A model generated the notes under the pieces. That model did no database searches, was not told the DNA's origin, and was given only the letters and a program-made list of their open reading frames with translations. A stretch of 62,604 nt of DNA, counting the filler, from Nemertoderma westbladi (Eukaryota > Animalia > Xenacoelomorpha), in assembly GCA_032718475.1 (NCBI GenBank). It is 3 parts of 3 records of this genome, joined end to end, with 100 filler letters (N's around TTAATTAATTAA, not from the genome) between each part and the next. Parts side by side here need not be neighbours in the genome. Positions count along the whole stretch, not along the records: positions 48,042 to 62,604 come from JAUCBJ010001803.1; 2 more parts are not named here. One strand, given 5' to 3'. The position numbers were made by a program, and so were the translations under genes. Every line of letters starts with the position of its first letter. Position 1 is the first letter of the stretch. Shown here one piece after another: positions 51,001-62,604 of this stretch.

Positions 51001-51926
51001 CTTTATCTATTTAAACAGAACTAAGACTTATACTAAAACGCAACGATACTGCTTATGATTGAAGTATAAAGCGTATTCTTTAGGAAATACTTTGTTACCA
51101 ATCACAATCATGCACACTATTCTGCCGACAGTCAGTATATTTGATCACACATAAAGAGAGCAGCAATTGACTCACGTAGGGTCTGCTAAATAACATTGGA
51201 TTCAATACACACCACATTAATATAAATCGCAATTGTTATGTATAGCCGGTCTCTCTAACCTGTAGTGTATCAAGAAAATTGGGAATTTGGGTGATTTATC
51301 CTTATTATCCAAAGAGCAATATTTCCATCAACAAATAGGTACAATTAATAACTGACGGTAAATAACAGTACAAACAATATGATTAATAGTGAGTTATTGA
51401 GATATTTTAGGATTTGATTGATTAATTAGATTAAGGTAACAGTTTATACTTTCGATAATTTAAGCAGTTTACTAGAGTTCTTCCCAAAAGGCCGGTGTTT
51501 CTGGCTTAGACAGCAATAACAACAAAGTATCAAGTAAAAACAGTAAGACTGAACACTCTCCTTATGATCGGCTGAAAAGCTACACGTCGACAGGAAAAAT
51601 CGCTCTGATTGGCTCAAGCCAAACAAAGAACCACGCGTCCAATGGCTGTTTCCATGTCAGCAACCAGCTGTTAGATGTCGTAATATGAATCATCACGGCT
51701 AAGCTGTGAAAGGTAGTTGGTGCATTACAAGTTTTTTGCCTTACCATGTCCGCCAAAACACGTATATAGCAGAATTACTTTTATGTCCGTTAAAACACCT
51801 GTAACGGTACCTTGCGGGCGAGGGGAATATATATACAGTTAGAGAACCTTTTTAGAGTATTCCAGCGCCTGGGGGGAACTGGCCAGCAAAGGCAAACGTA
51901 TCAGTTATCCCACAAAAGCTTTTACA
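48042..51926 (-). mobile_element. LTR-retrotransposon-like element copy A: 3.4-kb leader plus start of a gag-like ORF (48506)
   Basis: Starts TGTAAAAGCTTTTG on the minus strand and is colinear with 55060-58901. ORF MSDTQQNLSDSL..PTVKKVIPPVVSDPRLV is cut by the gap. Confidence 0.6.
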
Positions 51927-52050
51927 AAGTTCTTCTGGTTGGGACGGTTGAAAGACAAAGTTCTTCTGGTTGGGACGGTTGAAATACAAAGTTCTTCTGG
52001 TTGGGACGGTTGAAAGACAAAGTTATTCTGGTTGGGACGGTTAAAAGACA
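51925..52050. repeat. 31-bp tandem repeat x4
   Basis: CAAAGTTCTTCTGGTTGGGACGGTTGAAAGA. Confidence 0.9.
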
Positions 52051-53531
52051 TTTTACATTAAATTTATACACAACAATTTTCTTTATATTTTAAATCATAA
52101 AGTGAAATGGTGGTGGGTATCTTAATTTAAATTGAAAGTTATTTTTTGTTTATAAACTATGTCGAGATTAGATGCATATCTGTATTTTTTGATATGATGG
52201 AACCTGTTGACAAAAAAATATTTTTGCTTATATTATTTGTTACGACAAGAGTAAACTGAGTTATGTTGAAGATATTAAGATGATTGTGTTCTTTCCTTAT
52301 ATTATGGTGCTGTAGGAATTGGAATTATTATATTTTTTTGACACCATATTAGTTGTACTGTACGTACTTAGAGTATTTTCTCGAGTTATTTTCTATAATT
52401 GAGACTTATATTTGTGCCTTTTTATGATTCTTTTTTGGTATCTCATGGAACTGGTTCCTTCTGTCTTGTTTGTCTTTTACGTCTGTCTGTCCGCTGATTG
52501 GGGTGTGTTAGAAAATAAAATCTAAATGGATAATAAATCCAATAACAAAACGTAGCCACCTAGGCAACCCTTTGCTGGGCTCTGTACCTAGGGGGTGAAA
52601 TTTTGAGAACATTTGGTAGCACTTAAATTTGAGCGTAATAGCACTGTGAGTGTCGCTCTTCCTCCCAATTAAACCTGGCTAGAAAGGCTAAGGTTGGAGG
52701 TCGTGATACCTTCCATGAACCACGGTAAACGTCTCATTCGTGGAATTGTTCTGTAAAATTAATATCATCAGCGTTCCTGCGCTATCTGACTTCCTCATTT
52801 CAGTCTTTATGTGTTTAATGTTGTATGTCAGACAGATATCGAACCACTCCATTAGTTTATCAAAATGATGTCGAAAACATATATAACTATAGTTGTGGCA
52901 GTTCATTAAAGTTCATAATGAAAAAGTCAATATAAATTATAATGGTAGGTAGTATTGCAATTATAATAGTAAAAAAATATTATGTGCAATATTTACTACG
53001 GGCTACAGCTTCTTTCACATCCCTTTATTTTTTAGATTTCGGACATATTGTTATATAACCTGACCCGAAAATCTAGGGGGGGCTGTGAAATTGTTGCCCT
53101 TCGTTTAGAGATTTATATAGTATTATTATTCATACAGTCATATATACAGTATACATATTCTGATAGCTTCGAGAACATTGCAATCTGTTGGCTGATGATT
53201 GGTTTCGGAGTTTAGTATACAACCCTATGTGATTACTATACTGCAGTACTGATGTGCATATTATACTGACTGGAATTATTGTCCAGTCTGCATGTCTGCC
53301 TATGTGGTGTAAACGCTAGTATTTTTTGCACCACACGGACTATATATTTTTGGTAGATATCAATGTCAATCAGTCACAGGTTCTGTCAGTCGACAATTAA
53401 TAGTTAGGTTGTTTGTATTACTGTTTATATTAACCTGTGCCTGTACCGTCTGATATAATAAAGTCCAGAGGAGTTCTTGTGCGTATGAACAAAGTACTAT
53501 AGTTTTCATCACCTGCATAGGTTTACCCGGA

Positions 53532-55059
53532 CTACCGCAAGTTGGCATACGTCAGTACGTGAATGGACGATGACACCGTGCGGTATTCACAGAACTTGAC
53601 GATCTCTCCCACCTTTACCGCTTGACGGGCTTCGGTTCTAGCCATTTGACGTGTAAAACTTTCTTGGGCCATCGTGTTATTTAATATCGAGTTATCGGTA
53701 TATAAATTTCTCGGATTATGATCAGGTCTATATGGAATATCATTGCCAACAGGTTTATAATTACCCTTAATAGGGTTCACTATAGGAGTTTCTACTTCAC
53801 TAGCAGTATAGATGCGTGTAGGCTCCACACCTTGCGCATGAAATACTTCAGACCTAACAGGTTGACACATTGTTACTGGGGTTGGTGGTATACCCCTTTG
53901 GGTATTTACTAATTTGTCGCGTTCTAATGCGATACTCTGCTGCATCTCTTGCAACTCTAACCTACTTTCCCTTACTGTGCCCTTGAACTGCTGAACAGTT
54001 CCTTCCATCTCCCGGACCTGCTGAGAGGAGCACTTGCGGTGTTCCCTCAACTGCCCGAGCAGGAGACCCATCTCCCGTCGTCCCTCATCTACCCACTCGA
54101 CCACCGAAGCGGGAGGCGCCAACGTAGTAGCGGGCGGATGAGGGACAACGGGCGACAAATCATTAATATTTCGCTCGGAGTCCAGGACATGAACATTTTC
54201 TGGGATGGTTCTGTTGGGCACAGGTAGTTTCGTGCTGTGCAAAGGGAATTTAGAGGTAGGTTCTGGGAGTACAGGTGTCTCTATCACCGAAGGGGTGGCT
54301 TCGAGAACAGGCCTAATTATTTCAGGTTCTTTCTAATCTAATAATTTGGTCTGTGGGTTCTGTACTACCTAAGTCTACACTATCCAGTTGCATTCTCACC
54401 TCAGGAGGTAACGTCCGCTTGAGCATCCGTCTACGTCCGCTTGAACGAGATTTATTACCTCTACCTTCGGGATCTCTCATATCACCTTCATCGGAGGAGG
54501 CAAATCCCTGTCTTCTGGAAGTATATCGACTCAGTAACCGTATCTGAGTTGCAACTATAGCTGTCCTTTGTTTCTTCAAGTATTCTTGTTCCGCCTGAAG
54601 TTTTTCCAGCTCTAGTTGGGTGGTCTCTTCAGATGCTCTTAGTTCTGCTTCTGGCACTGCCGCTTTTCTTTCTGCTTCTGCCGCTGCCATTGCCGCTTTC
54701 TTTTCCACTTCTGCTGCCTTTCTTTCCGCTTCTGCTGCCTTTCTTTCTGCTTCTATTGCTGCAGCTGCCGCTTTTCTTTCCGCTTCTGCCGCTGCAGCTG
54801 CCGATTTTCTATCAGCCGCTGCCGCTTTCCTTTCAGATTCTATTTGCCGTTGCTTTAATTGTCTATCCTTAACTAGCCTAGGGTCTGACACTACTACTGA
54901 AGGGATGACCTTTCCTACAGTAGGGGACTTGGACTTTGGTCTGGGATGTTCTATACTTTGATCTTGGTCACAGATCCTTTCAAGACACTGTCCAAGTCTA
55001 AGACTCATTCTAACACCTTCCAAAAGACTATCTGACAGTGCCCGTTTTGTGTGAGACAT
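53532..55059 (-). pseudogene. gag-like coiled-coil ORF split by one frameshift near 54330
   Basis: ORFs 54322-55059 and 53532-54287 join through EPEIIRPVLEATPSVIETP. EAERKAA repeats. The N-terminus is homologous to the 48506 ORF. Confidence 0.5.
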
Positions 55060-56180
55060 GTTTGTTTGTACAGTTGAATGCCTACTGCTATATTACAGTT
55101 AAAGCAAGTCTAGTAATTCAGTATCAACTGTTAGCCTAATAATTAATTACCGATATCGTTACTCTATGTAACGTGATATATATACAATATATTAGAATAC
55201 CGGTATACACTTATAGTATATATATAAGTATTATTACAGACTAGGTTTGTCACAGAATACCGGTATATAATTTCAGCGCAAATATATATAAATCTATAAT
55301 AGGCCTATAGTGAATACCGGTATACAGCTTACACTTATAGTACATATAAGTATAATTATGGACTAGAATTAATTACAGAATACCGGTATATAATTTCAGC
55401 GCAAATTTATAGAAATAAATATAATGAGCCTATCGTAAATACCGGTATGTCAATTATTTTAGAATAATTGAATTTCTGAATTTTAGGGGTTACTTGGTTA
55501 CTTTACTTTACTTGATTACCGTTATTTAAGCAGTAGTCCAACTGATATTAAGACCTAATGGTTGTAAGACAGGCCTACTATTTTATAAATCGGTTTGAGT
55601 TGATTTATAATATTTGTATACCCATTTAATGGGTTTTGTCAATGTTTGAAATAAATGTTATTATTTCTGGGAAGGAGTCACTACACAGAAGCTGTGCGCT
55701 CTTAGTGAAGTGCTACTTGTTGGACACTAAAACAAATAATTCTAATTTACCTAAGTTACTTATTACTACAAATTACGTACAATTCGGGGTGAGATTACAA
55801 TCTCTAAATAAACACAAAAATTACACGTACTAATTTTTAGGGTAATTTTACAAGAAGTCTACAAACCAGCCTAACAAAGGGTTAGAATATCTGGTTATTA
55901 CAACGGACAGGGTACTACGGTATATGAAAATAACAAAGTAGTAGTAAATATACTGCGTTGTCCAGATAGGAAAAATACCACCGTCTGACGACTTATAGCC
56001 GTATCGCTATAAGTACTACGTTATGTATCACGGAGTGTTCCTACCTAGAAGTTAATTACCGCGGTCTACCAGAACCAACATGCCTATTAACCACTTTACA
56101 ACACAAATATACTGCCTACACACTAATTACCTTCGGAAAGCACTGTACACTAAACCCTAAATTAGGTACAAGTACTTACA

Positions 56181-56520
56181 TATCCGTCATAAATCGATTA
56201 GGAGTTTATTTACCAGAGTAGATGCGAGTAATAATAAACTTATCCAAGCGGTCACCAGGGTAACGTCCGCTACGTCGCGGATACGGGCCATGCTGGACTC
56301 TAGCCTACTGTACTAAGGGCATTTTTATTATATTACCTAATATGCAATATATTTTTTTACTCGATGCTTACATAGTAAGCCTACCCTATACCCTACCATA
56401 CATTACATACGTTGATTTAATTATAATAATACAATTTATTGTTTTACTCTGCTATATGGACGTCTGTATTATGTATTTAATTTTACTGATGTCTGGAATA
56501 AATAAATAAATAAAATAAAA
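56181..56520 (+). mobile_element. Short retroposon 3' end inserted in copy B
   Basis: Absent from copy A, ends in (TAAA)n, and is flanked by ACTTACA/ACTTATA. Confidence 0.55.
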
Positions 56521-59005
56521 ACTTATACAACAAATAATCAGCAGTTAGAAATACTTGTACAGCTAAAAGAACCACGGTATCTGCTGGAGTGACCGGGGCA
56601 CAAAATCACCAGTCTTTACCTACGCCAAGCAGCCCTGATGTAGTACCGGGGTTAATTTAACTATAACGGTATGTATAACAAGCACAATTACTGTAGGAAT
56701 AAACTTGGGGTTGTGAATGTTGCGAATAATCGCATAAACTCTGAATAATAAATATTACGCTACGCGTACAGACTACTCAAACAAAATACAGACCAAACGC
56801 TGGCAGACTACTATCAAGCCTAAACAAACTACAGTATATGCAGACTCCGAAATGGTTAGTTAGTATGCGTTCTAACCGAGTAGTACGACTTATTCTTTCG
56901 AGGGGATTTACCTCACAGCACTGGAAGCCCCTACGTTCCTAACTAGTATTTTATCGGACATACACTCTACACACACCGCAATCTCTTCAGACCTAACAAC
57001 AGCCAGACAACAATCCAGCCTACAAATTATCTAAATAAGAAATATTACGCTACCCGTACAGACTACACATACAAAATACAGACCAAACGCTGGCAGACTA
57101 CTATCAAGCCTAAACAAACTACAGTATATGCAGACTCCGAAATGGTTAGTTAGTATGCGTTCTAACCGAGTAGTACGACTTATTCTTTCGAGGGGATTTA
57201 CCTCACAGCACTGGAAGCCCCTACGTTCCTAACTAGTATTTTATCGGACATACACTCTACACACACCGTAATCTCTTCAGACCTAACAACAGCCAGACAA
57301 CAATCCAGCCTACAAATTATCTGTACAATCTGAGCAGGCTTACACGCCTTCTGCTCAATATTAGCCTACAAATAAATAAAACTGACAGAAATAAGTAAAC
57401 CATACAAAGGAATAAGGGGTGATCAATCCCTAATCCCCTAACAGCCTACAATATACAATATATCACCATCGAAATAATACTGCTGTACCTGTACTGCTGT
57501 AAGTACCAGTTCGGGTGTTTAGGTAGTTAGGCCTACTGGGTACCGGTTGACCGGTACTTCAGCTTTATTGCCTACTGCAATACAGAAGCAATAACTGTTA
57601 TTGTTCTTACCAGAACAATATTAAACTGTATTTATTGCCTACACTGCAATCAGAAGTTCATAACTGTTATTGTTCGCGCTTTCAGACCTTTAGCAGTTTA
57701 ACCTGCCAAATTTGGATGTCTTCTAGATAATAAATCGACTTTAGCCTATGACGAGTATTTGATACACTACATTAGCCGAAGCCAGTCTATGCGCGACCAT
57801 TCACCCGCTGGATATACCCGGGAGACTGGATTCGGAAGCCTAACCTTATTGCGGTGTAGGCCTACTGTATTATTTGACTGATCGTAATATATAATCTCTG
57901 ACAAATATTATTCACTTTCGGGAAATATTAACAGTTCCTTTAGGACGTGGCGCTCTAAATATGTAAACAGAGTTATGACTTAAACTAGACACAACGGGAT
58001 GGCTCTGGATTCACGTATATAGCGCATTCTTTAGGAGATGCTTTGTTATCAATCACAATCATACACACTACTGCACAATACTGCACACCGATCTGCCGAC
58101 CTTCACTAATTTTAGTCACATATAAAGAGAACAACAACCGACTCATGTAGTGCCTATGAAATAGCATTAGATTCACTCCAAAACCACTTTAATGTAAGTC
58201 GCAATTGTTATATGTAACCGGTCTCTCTTACCTTCAGTATATCAAGAAGATTGAGGGTTTTATAATTATTTATCGATATTCCAAATATAATAATATTCCA
58301 TCAACTGATATAATGAATAACCGACAGTAAATAGCAGTAAAAATGCGGTGTTTGTAGTTGACAATATGATTAGGTGAGTGAGATAACAGATATACGTTTC
58401 TATGATTAAGCCTACTAATGTTGGGCTAAAGCCCGAAAGACACAGAGATTCCAAAGCCGGTCTTCTAGGCTCGGAAAAAACCAACACAACTGATCCCTCT
58501 GGGCTGTTGTAGGTATCTTTCAACACAAAGAGAAACAGCTCTCATTGGCCGAGTTCCAGATTCTGTAGGTTCCACGAATGTCTAAATGCCGAACTATTCG
58601 GGTTTTTGCAGCCCATATTCAACACAAGGCAAAATCGCTCTGATTGGTGGATCATTGTTCTGATTGGTTGATCGAACAGAACAAAGAGCCTATAGGCGTA
58701 CAGCAAATCGGTTGGTAGATTGCGTCATTTGAGTTAGGTAGTTTAGAGTATTTGAGCGCATTGTGGGAAAACTGGCTTTTTATGTCCGCTAAAGCACACA
58801 TGCAGACACAGCGGATAAATCGCTAGTTATGTCCTCTAAAAACACCTTACACAGTACATTGCGGAGAAAAGGGCCAGTTATATCCCGCAAAAGCTTTTAC
58901 ATAGGCTCCAACATGCTGACAATATTTGCTGACAATATTTAACTGCATTGTACCGCTCCTCACTAAATACTCTTGTCAACCTCTCCTACTACTAGTATCG
59001 GCATG

Positions 59006-61568
59006 TCGGAGGAGATTTCAACTGCCGTTTAGACTCAGGAACTCGGGGGAAAGACTTAACAGAAGGACTTAAGACGCTGGGCTTTGCCCTCCTTAACAAA
59101 CCAGAGCAACATACTTACATATCACCTCAGGGACGGAGCACAATAGATCTGCTGTTGATGAGATGCCCACAAAACTCAGGAATTACTGTTTCAGATGTCT
59201 CCACCACAGCAAATCCACTGCGAAAACACCTACGTGTTTCTACAGAAATTGATTTTGTGGACTGCTCTCTTATTCAACCCCAGAAACCGGAGAACCCACT
59301 AAGCAGGAAAGTAAACCTAGGTTTACTAGAACAACTGATCGACGAGTCCGAGATACAATCTCTTCTAGAGGAAGTATCTATCGATGAGGCGACAGATGAA
59401 CTAACCAAACTGTTTGAAAGAGCTGCTTGCAAACCAAAGTTAACTGACCGCCATGGAAAAGCGTGGTTCGACATCGAATGTCGCTGTGCAAAAGAACAAA
59501 TACTGAACAAACTAAACCAAACGAACAGGTCAGAAGCAGATCGCCAAAATTACTTTATCGCCAGGAGGAAATATAAAGATCTCTTGCGACGTAAGAAGGT
59601 TCAGTACGAAGAAAGCAAGCTATTAGAAAAACTCGCACAATCCGAAATCACGCCGTGGATACTGCTCAAGGGAGAGAGCCATAACTCCCCAGCCACGATA
59701 GACAGTCTTACGCTTGAGGAGCACTTTAGGAAGTTGATTGGTACGGAATCAAACCCCGAAGGAATTGATGAAACCCCGGAAGTAACTGACGCCGAGAAAG
59801 AGGATGATGCCTGGTACAATAAACCAATTACTGAGGCGGAAATCTCCGAAGCTGTTAACTGCACTTCGAACCACAAGGCATGCGGGCCCGATAGAATATA
59901 TTACGAGCACGTGAAAGCATCACTTCCACTAATTCTCCACATACTAGTGATCCTCTTCAACGCATGTTTGAACGTCGGAAAAATTCCAATAAGTTGGGCA
60001 ATTAGTATAATTAAACTACTATATAAAGGAAAGGGAAGCAAATCAGTCCCGGACAACTATCGAGGAATAGCTCTCATTAGTGTTTTTCTCAAAATCCTCA
60101 CAAAGGTTATCAACAGACGAGTTATCGCACATATAGAAGGTCTACTCCCAGCTATGCAGTTCGGGTTCCGACAGGGAAGGTCGACCATACACGCTATAAA
60201 GCTTCTACTATCGGATATATCTGCAACAATCAAAGCCCCGAGGTCACACAACTCACAGAGAACAATATTTGTCCTATTTATAGACTTCAGAAAAGCCTTT
60301 GATATGGTAAACAGAACTATTCTAGTGTATAAAATCTACAAAAACTTTGGCATCAAAGGAAAAACACTCAATCTAATAAAGGCCCTCTTGAAAAACTCTG
60401 TGAAAGTCTTTGACGGTGTCAATTTTCTAATGTAATTGTTCAACTTCGGGGTATTTTGCAAGGGGATTCTTTGTCACCTACTTGCTTCCTGATGTTTATT
60501 GCGGACCTGGCACAAGTTCTTCAACAAATTGCTTCTACCATAAGATTCATATTTTTTGCTGACGACCTGGTTATATACTCGCTAAAGAACAGTGATATCC
60601 AAAACGCACTAAACGAACTCTACAAATGGTCCATTAAAAACTCGATGGAATTAAATATGGGGAAAACTAAAATAATTAAATTTAGGAAAGGCGGTCGAAC
60701 ATCCAGGGCAGATATATTCTACTACAACGGCGTCCAAGTACCGTTATGCAACGAATACGAGTACCTAGGGGTCACCCTACAACCATCGTTATCATTCTCA
60801 CGACACATAAACCAGAAGAAAAGGAAAGCTTTCTCAGCAATAGGATGCCTAAAAGATCTTCACCATGTTTCTATTAACACTGGTCTAACTATCTTCCAAA
60901 TGAAAATAGACCCTATGGTTAATTATGCCTTCACAGAGATCGCCAAATTCTTTACTCTCGCGAACCTTAAACAAATTGATATCATCAAATCAACTTATGT
61001 GAAACGTCTTCTTGGTTTGCCAAAAAATGCATCTTCCACCGTGGCCCTGAAAATGATTCCAACGAACACATACATAGAAGATTTGTCACTGCGTTATCCT
61101 TCAATGTTTGAACCTACTGTTCTAGAACAATATCGACTACATCGCCAGACAAAAGAAAGCTTATTTGTTGCAGAAAATTATTCCGAAGGCCCTGCATTTA
61201 CAACATCACAGTGGCGCTCTCCCGGCCAAAAGAATCGACACCTCATAACTCGAGTAACTGTCCATGGTTTCCATTGGAAAATATGCCGAAATAAAACCCC
61301 CTTTCACGAACTTGGGGATGCCTGCACCTGTATCTACTGCGGGGGTCCTGCTTCCAACCGGCTCCATGCTATTAGATGTGCGAGTTGCCCTCACCTATCC
61401 CTTCTAGGAAGCCTCTAGTTCTGTCTTCGGATTATTCCCTTTTAGTATTATTTTTACCTATTATATTTTAAATTATTTTAATTTCGTATTTTAAAGTACA
61501 CTGTATAATACTAATAGTTAATTAAATAAAACATAACCTGTTACCCCGCTCGGGGTGTTAATACTAAA
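59006..61568 (+). mobile_element. 5'-truncated LINE (APE C-terminus, RT, C-terminal Cys/His motif)
   Basis: GGDFN, TYISPQGRSTID, KACGPD, NYRGIAL, QFGFRQGRST, FIDFRKAFD, QGDSLSP, FADD, YLGV, CTCIYCG..H..C. Frameshift near 60420. 12-bp TSD AGTATCGGCATG at 58994-59005 and 61569-61580. Confidence 0.93.
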
Positions 61569-61580
61569 AGTATCGGCATG

Positions 61581-62604
61581 CTGCATTGCAGCTGCATTTT
61601 TAAGAATGCTGTGCCGGCTTGTCGACAAAATTGCGCCGCCACAACTCCCTATCACCCATGACATTTGCTAGATCATCCGCATCTTCAAGACCAGTGTCCT
61701 TTAAGATGCGTCTCAAGAAAGTCATGGGCTGTCCACCATGCTTATTCACTCCATGAGGCTGCCAAAGTACAAGATTATGCACTGGCTGGTCCTCACGGCG
61801 AAAGCAATGTCCTGCAAAGCGGAGGCGATTTTGTTCTAGTGTTAAGTTTGGGGGAACCAATGAGACACCTCCAATGTTACATAGTGTCTGGTTGGAGATG
61901 TGTGCATTGTACTTGACGCAATGAACCCGGCGTAGCATTCTTGTGAATGTGCCATCCAGAGATTTGGTATCCTCAGCAGTTAGAGCACAGCATGGACTCC
62001 CGTAGAGGAGTACTGGAACTACTGCTGCACTAAATAATCGGACCTTAAGTTTCCGATTAATTCTCGGTGACTTCCAAATCCTGGAAAGCCTATTCAAGGC
62101 TGCCCAAGCCCATGCCTTTCCCTTACGTATTCGAAGGTCCTCACCTGACTTCCGGATCCATGATCCCAGGTAACAGAAGTCGGCCACATGCTCAAGCATA
62201 CCAGGAAAGGGACTCAAAGAATTGTTTGCCGCTCTCTCTCCAGTAGGGGGTGAGACAGGCAGCCGGTCGGGAGATAACTGACGCCTGTGAGGCCGATTGT
62301 GTCCGGTAATTCCACTGGCCTCTAGTGGCTGAACCTCCGCATTACTAATGTAATCCATAGTGGGGGTTGGGGGTGCTTTTTTTGCCGAGTCAGCTCTCGG
62401 GGCAAATACCACACTCTGGTTTGCCATTCCACAGGGTGGGTGTCGCAGTGGAGTCAGATATGAGGCCCATCACCCATATCTACTCTGGCGCACATGACCC
62501 ACCATTGGCTGTGCAGCTCATCTGCTGGGTCATGCCCTGTACCCCAGTTACCAGGTGCAGGTCGCAGTGAAGTGCACGCAGAGTGGACATAGAACACTCT
62601 ACTC
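61581..62604 (-). mobile_element. Internally deleted RTE-like LINE (leader fused in frame to the RT C-terminus; ORF 61600-62427)
   Basis: DFCYLGSWI, KVRLFSAAVVPVLLYGS, LDGTFTRMLR and RLRFAGHCFR are present. The endonuclease and the YADD-containing core are missing. Confidence 0.82.

Larger units (their letters stand above)
53532..58901 (-). mobile_element. LTR-retrotransposon-like element copy B, 3'-truncated
   Basis: Same TGTAAAAGCTTTTG start, a 3.8-kb leader, and a gag-like ORF. No pol is visible. Confidence 0.6.

Noticed and set aside
57785-57810. Primer-binding site TGGTCGCGCATAG for the LTR-like element
   Set aside because: It is not preceded by a CA LTR end, the TGG is not conserved in copy A, and I recognised no tRNA 3' match.
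62430-62604. HDV-like ribozyme in the RTE 5' region
   Set aside because: GCCAAT and short stems are present, but I could not assemble the P1/P2/P3 pseudoknot, and the region is cut by the window end.

Overview
AT-rich, repeat-dense genomic DNA from a eukaryote, most likely an invertebrate animal, with two 100-bp N-gap spacers. Host genes are a KLF15-like Kruppel-like factor (two exons in the window, with a 7.5-kb intron), an intronless IFT57, the 5' part of DEPDC5/Iml1 in one 1.38-kb exon, a three-exon GT31 beta-1,3-glycosyltransferase, and a CCDC17-like gene with at least six exons. The rest is transposable elements and tandem arrays: several MITE/foldback elements with readable target-site duplications (TSDs), a Sola1-like DNA transposon, a decayed convergent HECT-ligase plus DDE-integrase pair (IS3EU-like), two related LTR-like/gag-like elements and several LINEs. 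Three observations stand out. First, a 533-bp intron in the integrase gene is a TIR element whose 3-bp duplication supplies the splice sites (introner-like). Second, two consecutive introns of the CCDC17-like gene begin with kilobase tandem arrays of their own exon/5'-splice-site junction, and one repeat unit also carries TACTAAC paired with the donor. Third, a transposon appears to carry an E3 ligase as cargo. All calls come from reading the sequence by eye; no database searches were run.
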